Shown here piece by piece: positions 7,934 to 16,969 of a stretch of 32,000 nt of DNA. Location of the stretch: the NCBI RefSeq assembly GCF_900289195.1, contig NZ_OMOH01000001.1, positions 358,706 to 390,705 of the forward strand, read 5' to 3'. Position numbers and translations under genes: made by a program. Numbering within the stretch: the first letter of the stretch is position 1; each line of letters opens with the position of its first letter. The notes under the pieces were generated by a model. It was given only the letters and a program-made list of their open reading frames with translations, ran no database searches and had not been told where the DNA came from. The stretch comes from Propionibacterium ruminifibrarum (GTDB lineage: Bacteria > Actinomycetota > Actinomycetes > Propionibacteriales > Propionibacteriaceae).

Positions 7934-9130
7934 ATGGGACTGTCCCTGACGTTGTCCGCGCAGCGCCGTGACGAGATCGTCACGGCGCTGCGCGGACACG
8001 TCGGCTCCTTGACGACGAAAGTGGTCGAGGCCATGGAGACCCGTCACCACTGGGTCCGGCGGCTGGGGGCCGAGGACCGCAGCTGGATCACCATCGTGGC
8101 CCGTGCCGGCATCGACAACTTCATGGCGTGGTTCGCCGACGCCGAGCGCGCGGCCGATCCCGGCACGCTGTTCAACGCCGCGCCGCGCGCGCTCACCCGC
8201 AAGATCTCCCTCCACCAGACGGTCGACCTGGTGCGGACCACGGTCAACGTCGTCGCCGAACAGGTCGGGGAGCTCGTCCCTCCCGAGGACCAGCCGCCCC
8301 TCGAACTGGCGATCACCCATTTCTCCCGGGAGGTGGCCTTCGCCACCGCCGAGGTCTACGCCCGGGCGGCCGAGCTCCGCGGGGGCTGGGACGAACGCAT
8401 GGAGGCCCTCATCGTCGACGCGATCGTCCGGGCAGAGGCCGACGACATGGTCGTCTCGCGCGCCTCGGCACTCGGCTGGAACACCTTCGGGCCCGTCTGC
8501 GTCATCGCCGGGCCGCGGCCGGACGACACCGACCTGGATGCGCTGCGCGGTGCCGCCGGCGCCCGGGACCTCGCCGTCCTGGCCTCCGAGCAGGGCGGAC
8601 GCATCATCGTCATCCTCGGTGGAGGGCAGCTGAGCGACCTCGAGGCCTCGGTGCAGGCCGCGCTGGACCTCGAGCAGTTCTTCGGCCCGGGGACGATCGT
8701 CGTCGGCCCGCTCGTCAAGGGCCTCCCCCAGGCCGCCGAGTCGGCCCAGAGCGCGCTGTCCGCCGCACGCGTCGCCCACGCCTGGCCCGAGGCGCCGCGG
8801 GTCGTCGCCTCCTTCGAGCTGCTGCCCGAGCGCGTGCTCGCCGGCCATCCCGCAGCCCGCCGCAAGCTCGTGGACGACGTCTACCGGCCGCTGGCCGGGG
8901 CGGGTGGCGAGCTGCTCGCGACGACCATCGGCTTCCTCGACAACGGATGCGCCGTCGAACCCACCGCCCGGGCCCTGTTCGTGCACGCCAACACGGTCCG
9001 CTATCGCCTGCGCAAGGTCGCGGAACTCACCACGATGAACCCCCTCGATCCGCGCCAGGCCTATGCGCTGCACCTGGCGATCACCCTGGGGCGCCTCGTG
9101 GTGACCGATTCCGGTGAGGCCCAACGGTGA
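7934..9130 (+). CDS. fasR: PucR/CdaR-type transcriptional regulator, FasR/MabR-like regulator of the fab operon
   Basis: C-terminal HTH ...RALFVHANTVRYRLRKVAELT. Sits immediately upstream of fabD-fabH-acpP-fabF, as for S. coelicolor FasR and M. tuberculosis MabR (Rv2242). Start set at ATG 7934, the first start after the kinase stop; the ORF-track start at 7814 would overlap the kinase by 53 nt. Confidence 0.8.
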   Translation: MGLSLTLSAQRRDEIVTALRGHVGSLTTKVVEAMETRHHWVRRLGAEDRSWITIVARAGIDNFMAWFADAERAADPGTLFNAAPRALTRKISLHQTVDLVRTTVNVVAEQVGELVPPEDQPPLELAITHFSREVAFATAEVYARAAELRGGWDERMEALIVDAIVRAEADDMVVSRASALGWNTFGPVCVIAGPRPDDTDLDALRGAAGARDLAVLASEQGGRIIVILGGGQLSDLEASVQAALDLEQFFGPGTIVVGPLVKGLPQAAESAQSALSAARVAHAWPEAPRVVASFELLPERVLAGHPAARRKLVDDVYRPLAGAGGELLATTIGFLDNGCAVEPTARALFVHANTVRYRLRKVAELTTMNPLDPRQAYALHLAITLGRLVVTDSGEAQR

Positions 9131-9277
9131 GGGGCAACTTCCCGATCCCCATAAAATCCGATGCACCCCGGCCCCGCCATCTCCGACATGATTTGTAGGG
9201 TTTCCACAAGAACCCATGGCCATTTTTCGTCGGGATGACAGCGGCGGGGCACGCCGCCGCCGGGGCAGGATGGTGCC
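9131..9277 (+). promoter_or_regulatory. fabD promoter/operator region (locally AT-rich)
   Basis: A 147-bp gap contains the lowest-GC patch of this neighbourhood (CCATAAAATCCGATG..., GACATGATTTGTAGGGTTTCCACAAGAACCCATGGCCATTTTTCG). Interleaved inverted repeats TTGT...ACAA (9193-9209) and GGGTT...AACCC (9198-9215). Exact operator not established. Confidence 0.35.
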
Positions 9278-10228
9278 ATGCTTGTGATCGTCGCCCCCGG
9301 ACAGGGAGCACAGACCCCCGGATTCCTGGCCCCCTGGCTCGAGATCGACGCCTTCGCGCAGGGCCTCTCCCAGCTCTCGGAGGTCACCGGACTCGACCTC
9401 GCCGAGCTCGGTACCGGCGCCGATGCCGACACGATCAAGGACACCGCGGTGGCCCAGCCGCTCCTCATGGGCGCTGGACTGTACGCGGCGCGCGTGGCGG
9501 CACCCGAGCACGAACTCGGCCTGTTCTCCCTCGCTGATGCCGCTGCCGGCCACAGCGTCGGCGAGATCACCGCGGCCGCCGGGGTGGGTGTCCTGGACCC
9601 GAAACAGGCGGCGGTCTTCATCCGCGAACGCGGCCGGGGCATGGCCGAGGCCTCCGCGGTCGAACCCACGGGCATGGCGGCGGTCATCGCCGGCGACCGT
9701 GACGAGGTGCTGGCCCGTATCGCCGAGTGCGGCCTGACGGCGGCGAACCACAACGGTTCCGGCCAGATCGTCGCCGCCGGGACGGCCGAGCAGCTCCAGT
9801 CCCTGCGGGACAACCCCCCGAGTCGTGCCCGCGTCGTCCCGCTGTCCGTCGCCGGGGCCTTCCACACGAGCCACATGGCACCGGCCCAGCCGAGGCTGGC
9901 CGAGCTGGCCGCCACGATGAGCACCGCAGACCCGACCACCCGGCTGCTCAGCAACCGCGACGGCCAGGTCGTCGCATCGGGCGCCGAGTACCTGCAGCGC
10001 CTGGTCGACCAGGTCACCACCCCGGTCCGCTGGGACCTGTGCATGGACACCATGCGCGAACTCGGCGTCACGGGTCTACTCGAACTGCCTCCCGCCAAGA
10101 CCCTGACCGGCATCGCCAAGCGCAACCTGCGGGGCGTGGAGCTCTTCAACCTCAACACACCCGATCAGATCGACGACGCCCTGGCCTTCTGCCAGGAGCA
10201 CGCCGGTGCAGCGGCCGAGGAGGCCTGA
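9278..10228 (+). CDS. fabD: Malonyl-CoA:ACP transacylase
   Basis: 316 aa. N-terminal [11 protein letters not shown], active-site GHSVGE, SGAFHT-like AGAFHTSHM. Confidence 0.93.
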   Translation: MLVIVAPGQGAQTPGFLAPWLEIDAFAQGLSQLSEVTGLDLAELGTGADADTIKDTAVAQPLLMGAGLYAARVAAPEHELGLFSLADAAAGHSVGEITAAAGVGVLDPKQAAVFIRERGRGMAEASAVEPTGMAAVIAGDRDEVLARIAECGLTAANHNGSGQIVAAGTAEQLQSLRDNPPSRARVVPLSVAGAFHTSHMAPAQPRLAELAATMSTADPTTRLLSNRDGQVVASGAEYLQRLVDQVTTPVRWDLCMDTMRELGVTGLLELPPAKTLTGIAKRNLRGVELFNLNTPDQIDDALAFCQEHAGAAAEEA

Positions 10229-10233
10229 CCATC

Positions 10234-11238
10234 ATGACGACACTGAACACCTCGACCGGCGCGCAGTACGCACGTATCCTCGGCACCGGCTCCTACCGCG
10301 GCTCCCGCGTGGTGACCAACGAGGAGATGTGCACCATGATCGACTCGACCCCCGAGTGGATCGAGCAGCGCACCGGCATCAGGGAGCGCCGCTGGGCGAC
10401 CGAGGGCGAGACGCCCCTGTCGATGTCCGCGCAGGCGTGCCGCAACGCCATGGAGATGGCGGGCGTCCGCCCCGAGCAGATCGGCGCCATCATCCTGTCC
10501 ACCGTCTCGCACCATCACCCGTCCCCGTCCCTGGCTGACTACCTCGCCCGCGAACTCGGCTGCCCCAACCCGGCCGCCTTCGACATCTCGGCCGCCTGCG
10601 CCGGCTTCTGCTACGGGGTGGCGCTGGCCGACTCGCTGATCCGCGCCGGCCAGGCCGGCGACGACGGGCTGGTGCTCGTCGTCGGCGTCGAGCGCCTGTC
10701 CGACATGATCAACATCAACGACCGGGGCACCGCGTTCATCTTCGGTGACGGCGCCGGAGCAGCCGTTGTCGGCCCGTCGCAGACGCCCGGCATCAGCCCG
10801 ACCGTCTGGGGTTCCAAGCCGGAGAACGTCGAGACCATCGAGATCGAGAACTGGCTGTCCGGCGCCGACCACGACACCGGCTACCCGTTCATCACGATGG
10901 ACGGCCGCACGGTCTTCAAGTGGGCCCTGGCAGAGGTGACCGGGCACGCCACCCGCACCATCGAGCAGGCCGGCATCTCCCCCGAGGAACTCGACATCTT
11001 CCTGCCCCACCAGGCCAACAACCGCATCACCGACGCGCTGGTGCGCCACCTGCACCTGCCCGAGAACGTGACCGTCTGCCGCGACATCGCCGAGATGGGC
11101 AACACCTCGGCCTCGTCCATCCCGATCGCCCTGGACCGCATGATCCGCGAGGGCAGGGCGACGAGCGGCCAGACCGCGCTGCTCATCGGTTACGGCGCGG
11201 GTCTCACCTACGCCGGCCAGATCATCGTCATACCCTGA
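10234..11238 (+). CDS. fabH: 3-oxoacyl-ACP synthase III
   Basis: ATG at 10234, 5 nt after the fabD stop, with GAGGAGG Shine-Dalgarno. TNEEM...[17 protein letters not shown], active-site Cys in [25 protein letters not shown]. The longer ORF-track form (9727) is an in-frame run through fabD. Confidence 0.93.
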   Translation: MTTLNTSTGAQYARILGTGSYRGSRVVTNEEMCTMIDSTPEWIEQRTGIRERRWATEGETPLSMSAQACRNAMEMAGVRPEQIGAIILSTVSHHHPSPSLADYLARELGCPNPAAFDISAACAGFCYGVALADSLIRAGQAGDDGLVLVVGVERLSDMININDRGTAFIFGDGAGAAVVGPSQTPGISPTVWGSKPENVETIEIENWLSGADHDTGYPFITMDGRTVFKWALAEVTGHATRTIEQAGISPEELDIFLPHQANNRITDALVRHLHLPENVTVCRDIAEMGNTSASSIPIALDRMIREGRATSGQTALLIGYGAGLTYAGQIIVIP

Positions 11239-11306
11239 CCGCACCGGCGACCCAGCCGACACGCAATTCTTTCCCCGACAACCACCACGAGAAGAAAGGG
11301 CCGATC

Positions 11307-11555
11307 ATGGCTAACAATGAAGAGATCCTGACCAAGCTCGCCGAGATCGTCAACGACGTCGCCGGTGTCCCCGTCGAGGACATCCAGCCGGACAAGAGCT
11401 TCGTCGACGACCTCGACATCGACTCCCTGTCGATGGTCGAGATCGTCTACGCCCTGCAGGAGGCCTTCAACATTGACATCCCCGACGAGGACGTCAAGGG
11501 CCTGAGCACCGTCGCAGAGGCCGTCGACTACGTCGAGAAGGCCCAGAACGCCTGA
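11307..11555 (+). CDS. acpP: Acyl carrier protein
   Basis: 82 aa from ATG 11307 (GAAAGGG Shine-Dalgarno). FVDDLDIDSLSMVEIV carries the phosphopantetheine-attachment Ser (DSL). Confidence 0.93.
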   Translation: MANNEEILTKLAEIVNDVAGVPVEDIQPDKSFVDDLDIDSLSMVEIVYALQEAFNIDIPDEDVKGLSTVAEAVDYVEKAQNA

Positions 11556-11614
11556 GGCGGGTCGATCGAACCGATCCACGCATCCCACACCACTCGAACC
11601 CACATGGAGGACAA

Positions 11615-12874
11615 ATGAGCACCATCGTCGTCACCGGACTGGGGGCCCTGACCCCGCTCGGCAACGACGTTGCGAGTACCTGGGAGGGGCTCCGCAACGG
11701 CCGTAGCGGCATCAGCACCATCGAGCAGGAGTGGGCTGCCGACCTGCCCGTGCGTTTCGCCGGGCAGGTCGACGTGGACGTCGACTCCCAGCTGTCGCGC
11801 GTCGAGGTCCGTCACCTGGACCGTTCCAGTCAGCTGGCCGTCATCGCGGCCCGCCAGGCCTGGGAGGACGCCGGCCTCACCTTCGCCCCCGAGAACGAGA
11901 CCGATCCCGATCGTCTCGCCTCAGTCGTCGGCACCGGTATCGGCGGTCTGCAGAGCACGATCTCGCAGTGGGAGGTCATGCGGACCAAGGGCACGCGCCG
12001 CGTGAGCCCCTTCACCGTCCCGATGCTCATGTCGAACGCGCCGGCCGCCAACGTGGGTCTGCGCATCGGCGCCCGCGCCGGCGTCCACACCACCGTCTCG
12101 GCCTGCGCGTCCTCGAACGAGGCGCTCTCCCTGGCCCTCGACATGCTCCGCGCCGGCCGTGCCGACATCGCCCTCACCGGCGGCACCGAGGCACTCATCC
12201 ACCCGCTGCCCATCGTCTCGTTCGCCCAGATGCAGGCGCTGTCGAAGCGCAACGACGAGCCGCAGCGGGCCTCACGTCCGTGGGACAAGGGCCGCGACGG
12301 CTTCGTCATGGGCGAGGGGGCCGTCATGCTCGTCCTCGAGACCCTCGACCATGCCCAACAGCGCGGCGCCACGATCTACGGCACCCTCGCCGGCTCGGGC
12401 ATCAGCGCCGACTCCTACGACATGGTCAAGCCCGACCCGAGTGGTCAGGGCCAGAGCAGCGCCATGCGCAAGGCCCTGTCCGATGCCGGTCTGGCGCCCG
12501 CCGACATCAATCACATCAACGCGCACGCCACCTCGACCCCGGCCGGCGACACCACCGAGGCGCACAGCATCCGCGGCCTGCTCGGTGAGGACACCGACCA
12601 CGTCGTCGTCACGGGCACCAAGTCGATGACCGGCCACCTGCTCGGTGCCGCCGGTGCCCTGGAGACGCTGGCCACCGTCATGGCCCTGCGCGACCGCATC
12701 GTGCCCCCGACGATCAACCTGGATGACCCCGAGGACGACCTGCGCGTCACCATCGCGGCGAACGAGGCCGTCGAGCTGCCCGCGCAGGGACGCCTGGCCG
12801 CGCTGAACAACTCGTTCGGTTTCGGCGGGCACAACGTCGCCCTGGCCCTCACCAACGACCACATCACCAGGTGA
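11615..12874 (+). CDS. fabF: 3-oxoacyl-ACP synthase II (KAS II, KasA/FabF-type)
   Basis: 419 aa. Active-site Cys in VSACASS, His motifs NAHATSTPAGD and KSMTGHLLGAAG, C-terminal NSFGFGGHN. GGAGGA Shine-Dalgarno. Confidence 0.93.
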   Translation: MSTIVVTGLGALTPLGNDVASTWEGLRNGRSGISTIEQEWAADLPVRFAGQVDVDVDSQLSRVEVRHLDRSSQLAVIAARQAWEDAGLTFAPENETDPDRLASVVGTGIGGLQSTISQWEVMRTKGTRRVSPFTVPMLMSNAPAANVGLRIGARAGVHTTVSACASSNEALSLALDMLRAGRADIALTGGTEALIHPLPIVSFAQMQALSKRNDEPQRASRPWDKGRDGFVMGEGAVMLVLETLDHAQQRGATIYGTLAGSGISADSYDMVKPDPSGQGQSSAMRKALSDAGLAPADINHINAHATSTPAGDTTEAHSIRGLLGEDTDHVVVTGTKSMTGHLLGAAGALETLATVMALRDRIVPPTINLDDPEDDLRVTIAANEAVELPAQGRLAALNNSFGFGGHNVALALTNDHITR

Positions 12875-12900
12875 GCGGGAGGCCCCGACCAGAACCTCGA

Positions 12901-12938
12901 GTGGCCCGGCCGGCGTGATTCACGCCGGGCCGGGCCAC
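12901..12938. terminator. Bidirectional hairpin between convergent fabF and hydrolase genes
   Basis: GTGGCCCGGCCGGCGTGA / TCACGCCGGGCCGGGCCAC form an about 17-bp stem with one bulged C. It fills nearly all of the 66-bp convergent gap. Confidence 0.55.
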
Positions 12939-12940
12939 TC

Positions 12941-13927
12941 TCAGTCGAAGATCCTTCCGGTGCGACGCCGCTCCAGCCAGTCGATGAGGTAGGCGGTGAT
13001 CTCGTCCCGGTTCGTCTCGTTGAGCAGCTCGTGGCGGGCCCCGTCCCAGACCCTGCCGACGACGTCGGTGAGACCGGCGATGCCGTACTCCCCCACGACC
13101 TGGTCGACCACGCCGTCCCGACCGCCGACCGGGTCGGCGCTCCCACTCGTGACGAGTACCGGGAGCTCCCGCCTGACCAGGGCGACGTGGCTGCGCGAGT
13201 GGGCCCGGGACTGGTTCGTCAGGATCTCGTCGAATAAGCCGTCGCTGCAGTCGAAACCGCACCAGGGGTCGGCGATGTACGCGTCGACCTCGGCCTCGTC
13301 CCTGCTCAGCCAGTCGAACGGGGTGCGGGCCGGCTCGAAGGGCCGGTTGTAGGTCTTCGTGTTGACGCGGCTGATGACGGCGCTGGTGTGGTCGCGCCCG
13401 CGCAGTCTCGCCTCGGCACGGGCCACCTGGCGGCCCACGACGGCCGTCGCCCCCATGTCGGCAGCGGTCCCGGCCAGGACGAGCCCGTCGATGCCCTCGG
13501 ACCAGCGCATCGCGTACTCGCGGGCGAGCATCGAGCCCATCGAGTGGCCGAAGAGGAACTGTTTGACGCGGGGGTGGCGGCGGACGGCCAGCTCGTGGAC
13601 GGCGTGCAGGTCCTCGACGACGACGGACCAGCCGCCCCGTGGCCAGACGCCGGCCCGCTCGAGGTGACCGGCGGTGCCGCCGTGGCCGCGATGGTCACTG
13701 GCGTAGACGGCCCAGCCGGCCCCGGTCAGGGCGCGGGCGAACCGGTCGTACCGTTTGGAGTGCTCGGCCATGCCGTGGCTGATCTGCAGGACGGCCAGCG
13801 GCTCCGCGGGCGGCAGCCATGCACGCACGAAGACGCGTTCACCATCGGGGCGGGTGATGCGTCCTGCTTCGACGCGTGGCCCCTCGGTTCCGGGCCCGCC
13901 TGGTTCGTTGTGCTTGGTGGTTGCCAT
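12941..13927 (-). CDS. Alpha/beta hydrolase, lysophospholipase/monoacylglycerol lipase-like
   Basis: GHSMGS nucleophile elbow, HGMAEH oxyanion region, C-terminal GARHELLNE (His). Start set at ATG 13927 (MATTKHNEP...); the upstream extension to 14029 would overlap the neighbouring gene. Confidence 0.8.
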   Translation of the reverse strand: MATTKHNEPGGPGTEGPRVEAGRITRPDGERVFVRAWLPPAEPLAVLQISHGMAEHSKRYDRFARALTGAGWAVYASDHRGHGGTAGHLERAGVWPRGGWSVVVEDLHAVHELAVRRHPRVKQFLFGHSMGSMLAREYAMRWSEGIDGLVLAGTAADMGATAVVGRQVARAEARLRGRDHTSAVISRVNTKTYNRPFEPARTPFDWLSRDEAEVDAYIADPWCGFDCSDGLFDEILTNQSRAHSRSHVALVRRELPVLVTSGSADPVGGRDGVVDQVVGEYGIAGLTDVVGRVWDGARHELLNETNRDEITAYLIDWLERRRTGRIFD

Positions 13928-14007
13928 TCCCCGAGCATATCGGCGTCGGGCCCCCGCTGGAACCGGTCCGGATAGCCCACCGGCGTGCCGGCGGACATGG
14001 CCGGGGC

Positions 14008-14508
14008 TCAGACGGCCCGGTGGAGCCACCGCACGGGCGCGTCATCGCCGGCGTGCCGGAAGATCTCGAGTTCGTCGTCCCAGGCGGTGCCGAGCAGGTC
14101 GCTGATCGCCTCATGGATGTCCTTGCCGCCGAGGGCCTCCTTGGCCACGGCCGCCCGCAGTCTGTTCTCGCTCACCTGAATGTCGCCGAACTCGTCGGTG
14201 GTGGCGCGGAAGACGCCGAGCGAGGGCGTGTAGCAGTACCGCTCGCCGAAACCACCCGGCCCGGCCTGGCTCGTCACCTCGAACCGGAGCGCCCGGCAGC
14301 GCATGAGGGCCGAGACAATCCGGGCGCAGGTGCCCTCGTCGCCCTCCCAGATGCCCTCGGCGCGCATCGTGCCGGGCTGAGCCCCCTGGGGTGTCCACTC
14401 GAGTGTCACGGGGACGCCGAGGACAGCGCCGATGGCCCACTCGATGTGCGGGCACAGCGCGGCCGTGGCCGAGTGGATGAAGATCTCGCCACGTGCGTTC
14501 CGGGCCAT
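14008..14508 (-). CDS. Conserved actinobacterial protein of unknown function (DUF3145-like)
   Basis: 166 aa. GAGAGGA Shine-Dalgarno before the ATG. Good coding-frame character, no enzyme motif recognised. IFIHSATAALCPHIEWA...LEWTPQ...YCYTPSLGVF resembles the family I recall as DUF3145, found downstream of fabF in Streptomyces. Family name is from memory. Confidence 0.6.
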   Translation of the reverse strand: MARNARGEIFIHSATAALCPHIEWAIGAVLGVPVTLEWTPQGAQPGTMRAEGIWEGDEGTCARIVSALMRCRALRFEVTSQAGPGGFGERYCYTPSLGVFRATTDEFGDIQVSENRLRAAVAKEALGGKDIHEAISDLLGTAWDDELEIFRHAGDDAPVRWLHRAV

Positions 14509-14676
14509 GTCGGTTCCTCTCGTTGATCAGGTGTGCCTTCCCCTGCAGCCTGTCCGAGACGGTCCTCATGGCTTCTTTGTGGTCACCGACCGGGGGCCGG
14601 TGTCTTGTCGGTGCGATTGTGCCCCAGTTCCGGCCGACACGCCAAACCGTGCCCGACCGATGTCGTCCAAGCCCGG

Positions 14677-15018
14677 TCAGACCCGGCCCGGGGACACGAT
14701 GATCTGCTGCAGCCGGCTGGGCCTGGTGGCGACCCAGCCCTGCCGCTCGCCGGGGGCCAGGTAGATGACGTCCCCGGCGACGGCGGTGCTGGTCCGCTCC
14801 CCCACCGTCATCTCGAGTTCCCCGTCGAGCAGGGTGATGACCTCGGCGTCGGGCTCGTCGTGCGGGTCGATCGACTGGCCGGCGTCGAGGGTGAAGCAGA
14901 TGACGCGGACCGCCGGGTTGTCGACGACCACGCGCGACAGCGTGGACTTGGTGAGCAGGGGCAGTGCCGCCGCCAGCCCCAGGCTGGTGACACTCTGCCC
15001 CACGGGTGTTGCCTCCAT
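14677..15018 (-). CDS. Cupin-domain protein (small, single domain)
   Basis: 113 aa. Beta-barrel pattern ...FTLDAGQSIDPHDEPDAEVITLLDGELEMTVGE...AGDVIYLAPGE. Only part of the canonical HxH...E...H metal motif is present. AAGGATGG Shine-Dalgarno. Confidence 0.7.
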   Translation of the reverse strand: MEATPVGQSVTSLGLAAALPLLTKSTLSRVVVDNPAVRVICFTLDAGQSIDPHDEPDAEVITLLDGELEMTVGERTSTAVAGDVIYLAPGERQGWVATRPSRLQQIIVSPGRV

Positions 15019-15088
15019 GGTGTTCCATCCTTGCCGTACCAGGGTGGCCGGTCAACGCCGCGGCCGGCTGCACCGTGCCGGGCCCGCT

Positions 15089-16135
15089 TCACTCGCGGGG
15101 ATCGGTGAGGAAGAAGGCGTCGTCGGGCACCTGGCCGCCGATGATCTCGGGGTTCACCGTGGCCAGGCGTTCATAGAAGTCCGTCAGCTCGTCCTTGCAC
15201 TGGGCCGCCGGCATCATCTGCAGTTGCAGGCGCGGGATGACCTGCTTGACGATGGCCGCATCCACCTGCGTGAACTCGTTGATCCTGGCGCAGATGTCGT
15301 CGTCGGCGGCGTTGACCGTCTCCACGGCCTGCTCCATGTCGTCGAGGATGGCGCCGAGCAGCGCCGTGTCGGCGGCCACGGCGTCCGGCACGGCGATGCC
15401 GGCCATCGGGAACCGGGCGTCCGAGCCGGTGACCTCGGCCCACACCTGCTGCATGTCGACGACACGACCCACCTCACGGCCCTGCTGCGTCGACTGGGCG
15501 ATGGCCACGGTGGCGGGGTGCTCGGGCAGCACCGCCCAGTCGAGCTGGCCGCTCACGAAGGCGTTCATGAGTTCCTGGGAGTCGTTGTATGAGACGACGT
15601 CGATGTCCTCGATGTCGATGCCCTTCTGCGCGACCAGATAACGGAAGATCAGGTCTGGCATGTTGCCGGGCAGCGGCACCCCGACCCGCTGGCCGGTGAG
15701 CAGGGCCAGGTCGTTGGACCCCTCGTCCTGCTTCGGGCCGATGACGTAGAGCATGCCCCACACGGTGATCGCCGCGAGTTTGATGCCGGCGCCCTTGTTG
15801 TAGAGGTTGGCACTCACGTACGAGGGGGTCGCGGCGACATCGGCCTCGCCGTTGAGCAGCAGCGAGGTGAGCACGTCGACGGTGGCCCAGTTGTCGACCG
15901 TGACCTCCCGGACGGTGCCCTCGCTCGTGAGCCGGTCGCCGAACGCCGCCATGGGCGCCATGAACGCCAGTGTCGTCGGCACCCAGACCCGCAGGTTCTC
16001 GATCGGGGTGGGTGAGGACGAGTCCGAGGGCGCGGCGGAACCCGCGTCCCCGCCGCTGTCCGTCGAGCAGCCGGCCAGGCCGAGGGCCGCGGCGGCGGCA
16101 CTCCACGCGATGAGCTCTCGTCGTGTCGTCTTCAT
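15089..16135 (-). CDS. ABC transporter substrate-binding lipoprotein, NMT1/THI5-SsuA/TauA-like, Tat-type signal
   Basis: 348 aa. N-terminus MKTTRRELIAWSAAAAALGLAGCS combines a twin-arginine motif with a lipobox Cys. The body resembles NitT/TauT-family binding proteins. GAAGGAGA Shine-Dalgarno. Confidence 0.75.
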   Translation of the reverse strand: MKTTRRELIAWSAAAAALGLAGCSTDSGGDAGSAAPSDSSSPTPIENLRVWVPTTLAFMAPMAAFGDRLTSEGTVREVTVDNWATVDVLTSLLLNGEADVAATPSYVSANLYNKGAGIKLAAITVWGMLYVIGPKQDEGSNDLALLTGQRVGVPLPGNMPDLIFRYLVAQKGIDIEDIDVVSYNDSQELMNAFVSGQLDWAVLPEHPATVAIAQSTQQGREVGRVVDMQQVWAEVTGSDARFPMAGIAVPDAVAADTALLGAILDDMEQAVETVNAADDDICARINEFTQVDAAIVKQVIPRLQLQMMPAAQCKDELTDFYERLATVNPEIIGGQVPDDAFFLTDPRE

Positions 16136-16180
16136 GGGTGCATCTCCTTCATTGGGGATCAGATGGGTGGGGAACGGGGA

Positions 16181-16969
16181 TCAGGCCGCCGGCACGGGCT
16201 CGGCGGCGCGTTGGGTACGGTTGACGCGCGAGCGCACCGGGGCGAGAACGACCAGTTCGACGAGGAGCGAGAGGACGGCGAGCACGGCGGCCATCGCGAA
16301 GACCTGGTCGGTGTTGATGGCGGTGCGGGCCATCTGCATGCGGGCGCCGAGACCCGTCGAGGTGGACAGCAGCTCGGCCATGACGCACACGCGCACCGAC
16401 TGGCCCGCGGCGACGGTGATGGCCGACAGCACCGGCGGCACGACGGCGGGGCCGATGACATGACGGCCACGCCAGACGGGGCCCCGCCCGAAGGCGTGTG
16501 CCATCTCGAGCAGGTCGGGGTCGACCTGGCCGATGGCGTCGCGCGTCGAGGTGGTGATGAGCGGCACCGAGACGAGGACGACGACCAGCAGGACGACACC
16601 TGCCGTCGGGCCGAGGGCGAGCATGCCGATGACGACGATGACGATGGGCGGCACCGCCATGAGCAGGGAGAGCCACGACCTGGTGAAGGCGTCGAACAGC
16701 CGGCTGGCGGCGCTGAGCGAGCCCCAGGCGACGCCGATGAGGCAGGCCAGCCCCAGCCCGAGGGCGGCGCGCCACACCGTGACGGCGAGCGGCCCCCACA
16801 GCGTGCCGGCGCCGGCCATGGACACCAGGGCGCGCCAGGTGTCGGCCGGGCTCGGCAGGACGTAGGCGGGCTGGCGGCCGGAGGCCCAGGCCCACAGGCC
16901 GAGCAGGCAGCCCAGGCCGGCGGCGCCGACGACGTGGCGGGTGGTGGTGGTCAGATTCCTCCGCCTCAT
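16181..16969 (-). CDS. ABC transporter permease (NitT/TauT family)
   Basis: 262 aa from ATG 16969, which overlaps the ATPase stop (ATGA). Multiple hydrophobic segments. The upstream part of the 363-aa ORF-track form is Arg/Pro-rich and overlaps the ATPase gene. Confidence 0.8.
   Translation of the reverse strand: MRRRNLTTTTRHVVGAAGLGCLLGLWAWASGRQPAYVLPSPADTWRALVSMAGAGTLWGPLAVTVWRAALGLGLACLIGVAWGSLSAASRLFDAFTRSWLSLLMAVPPIVIVVIGMLALGPTAGVVLLVVVLVSVPLITTSTRDAIGQVDPDLLEMAHAFGRGPVWRGRHVIGPAVVPPVLSAITVAAGQSVRVCVMAELLSTSTGLGARMQMARTAINTDQVFAMAAVLAVLSLLVELVVLAPVRSRVNRTQRAAEPVPAA

Noticed and set aside
14509-14676. 69-aa ORF (14493-14702 +) and small hairpin ACCGG-GGG-CCGGT in the gap between the cupin and DUF3145-like genes.
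   Set aside because: The ORF has non-protein-like composition and overlaps both neighbours. The 5-bp hairpin is too weak to annotate. The gap is most simply the promoter/5' UTR of the DUF3145-like gene.
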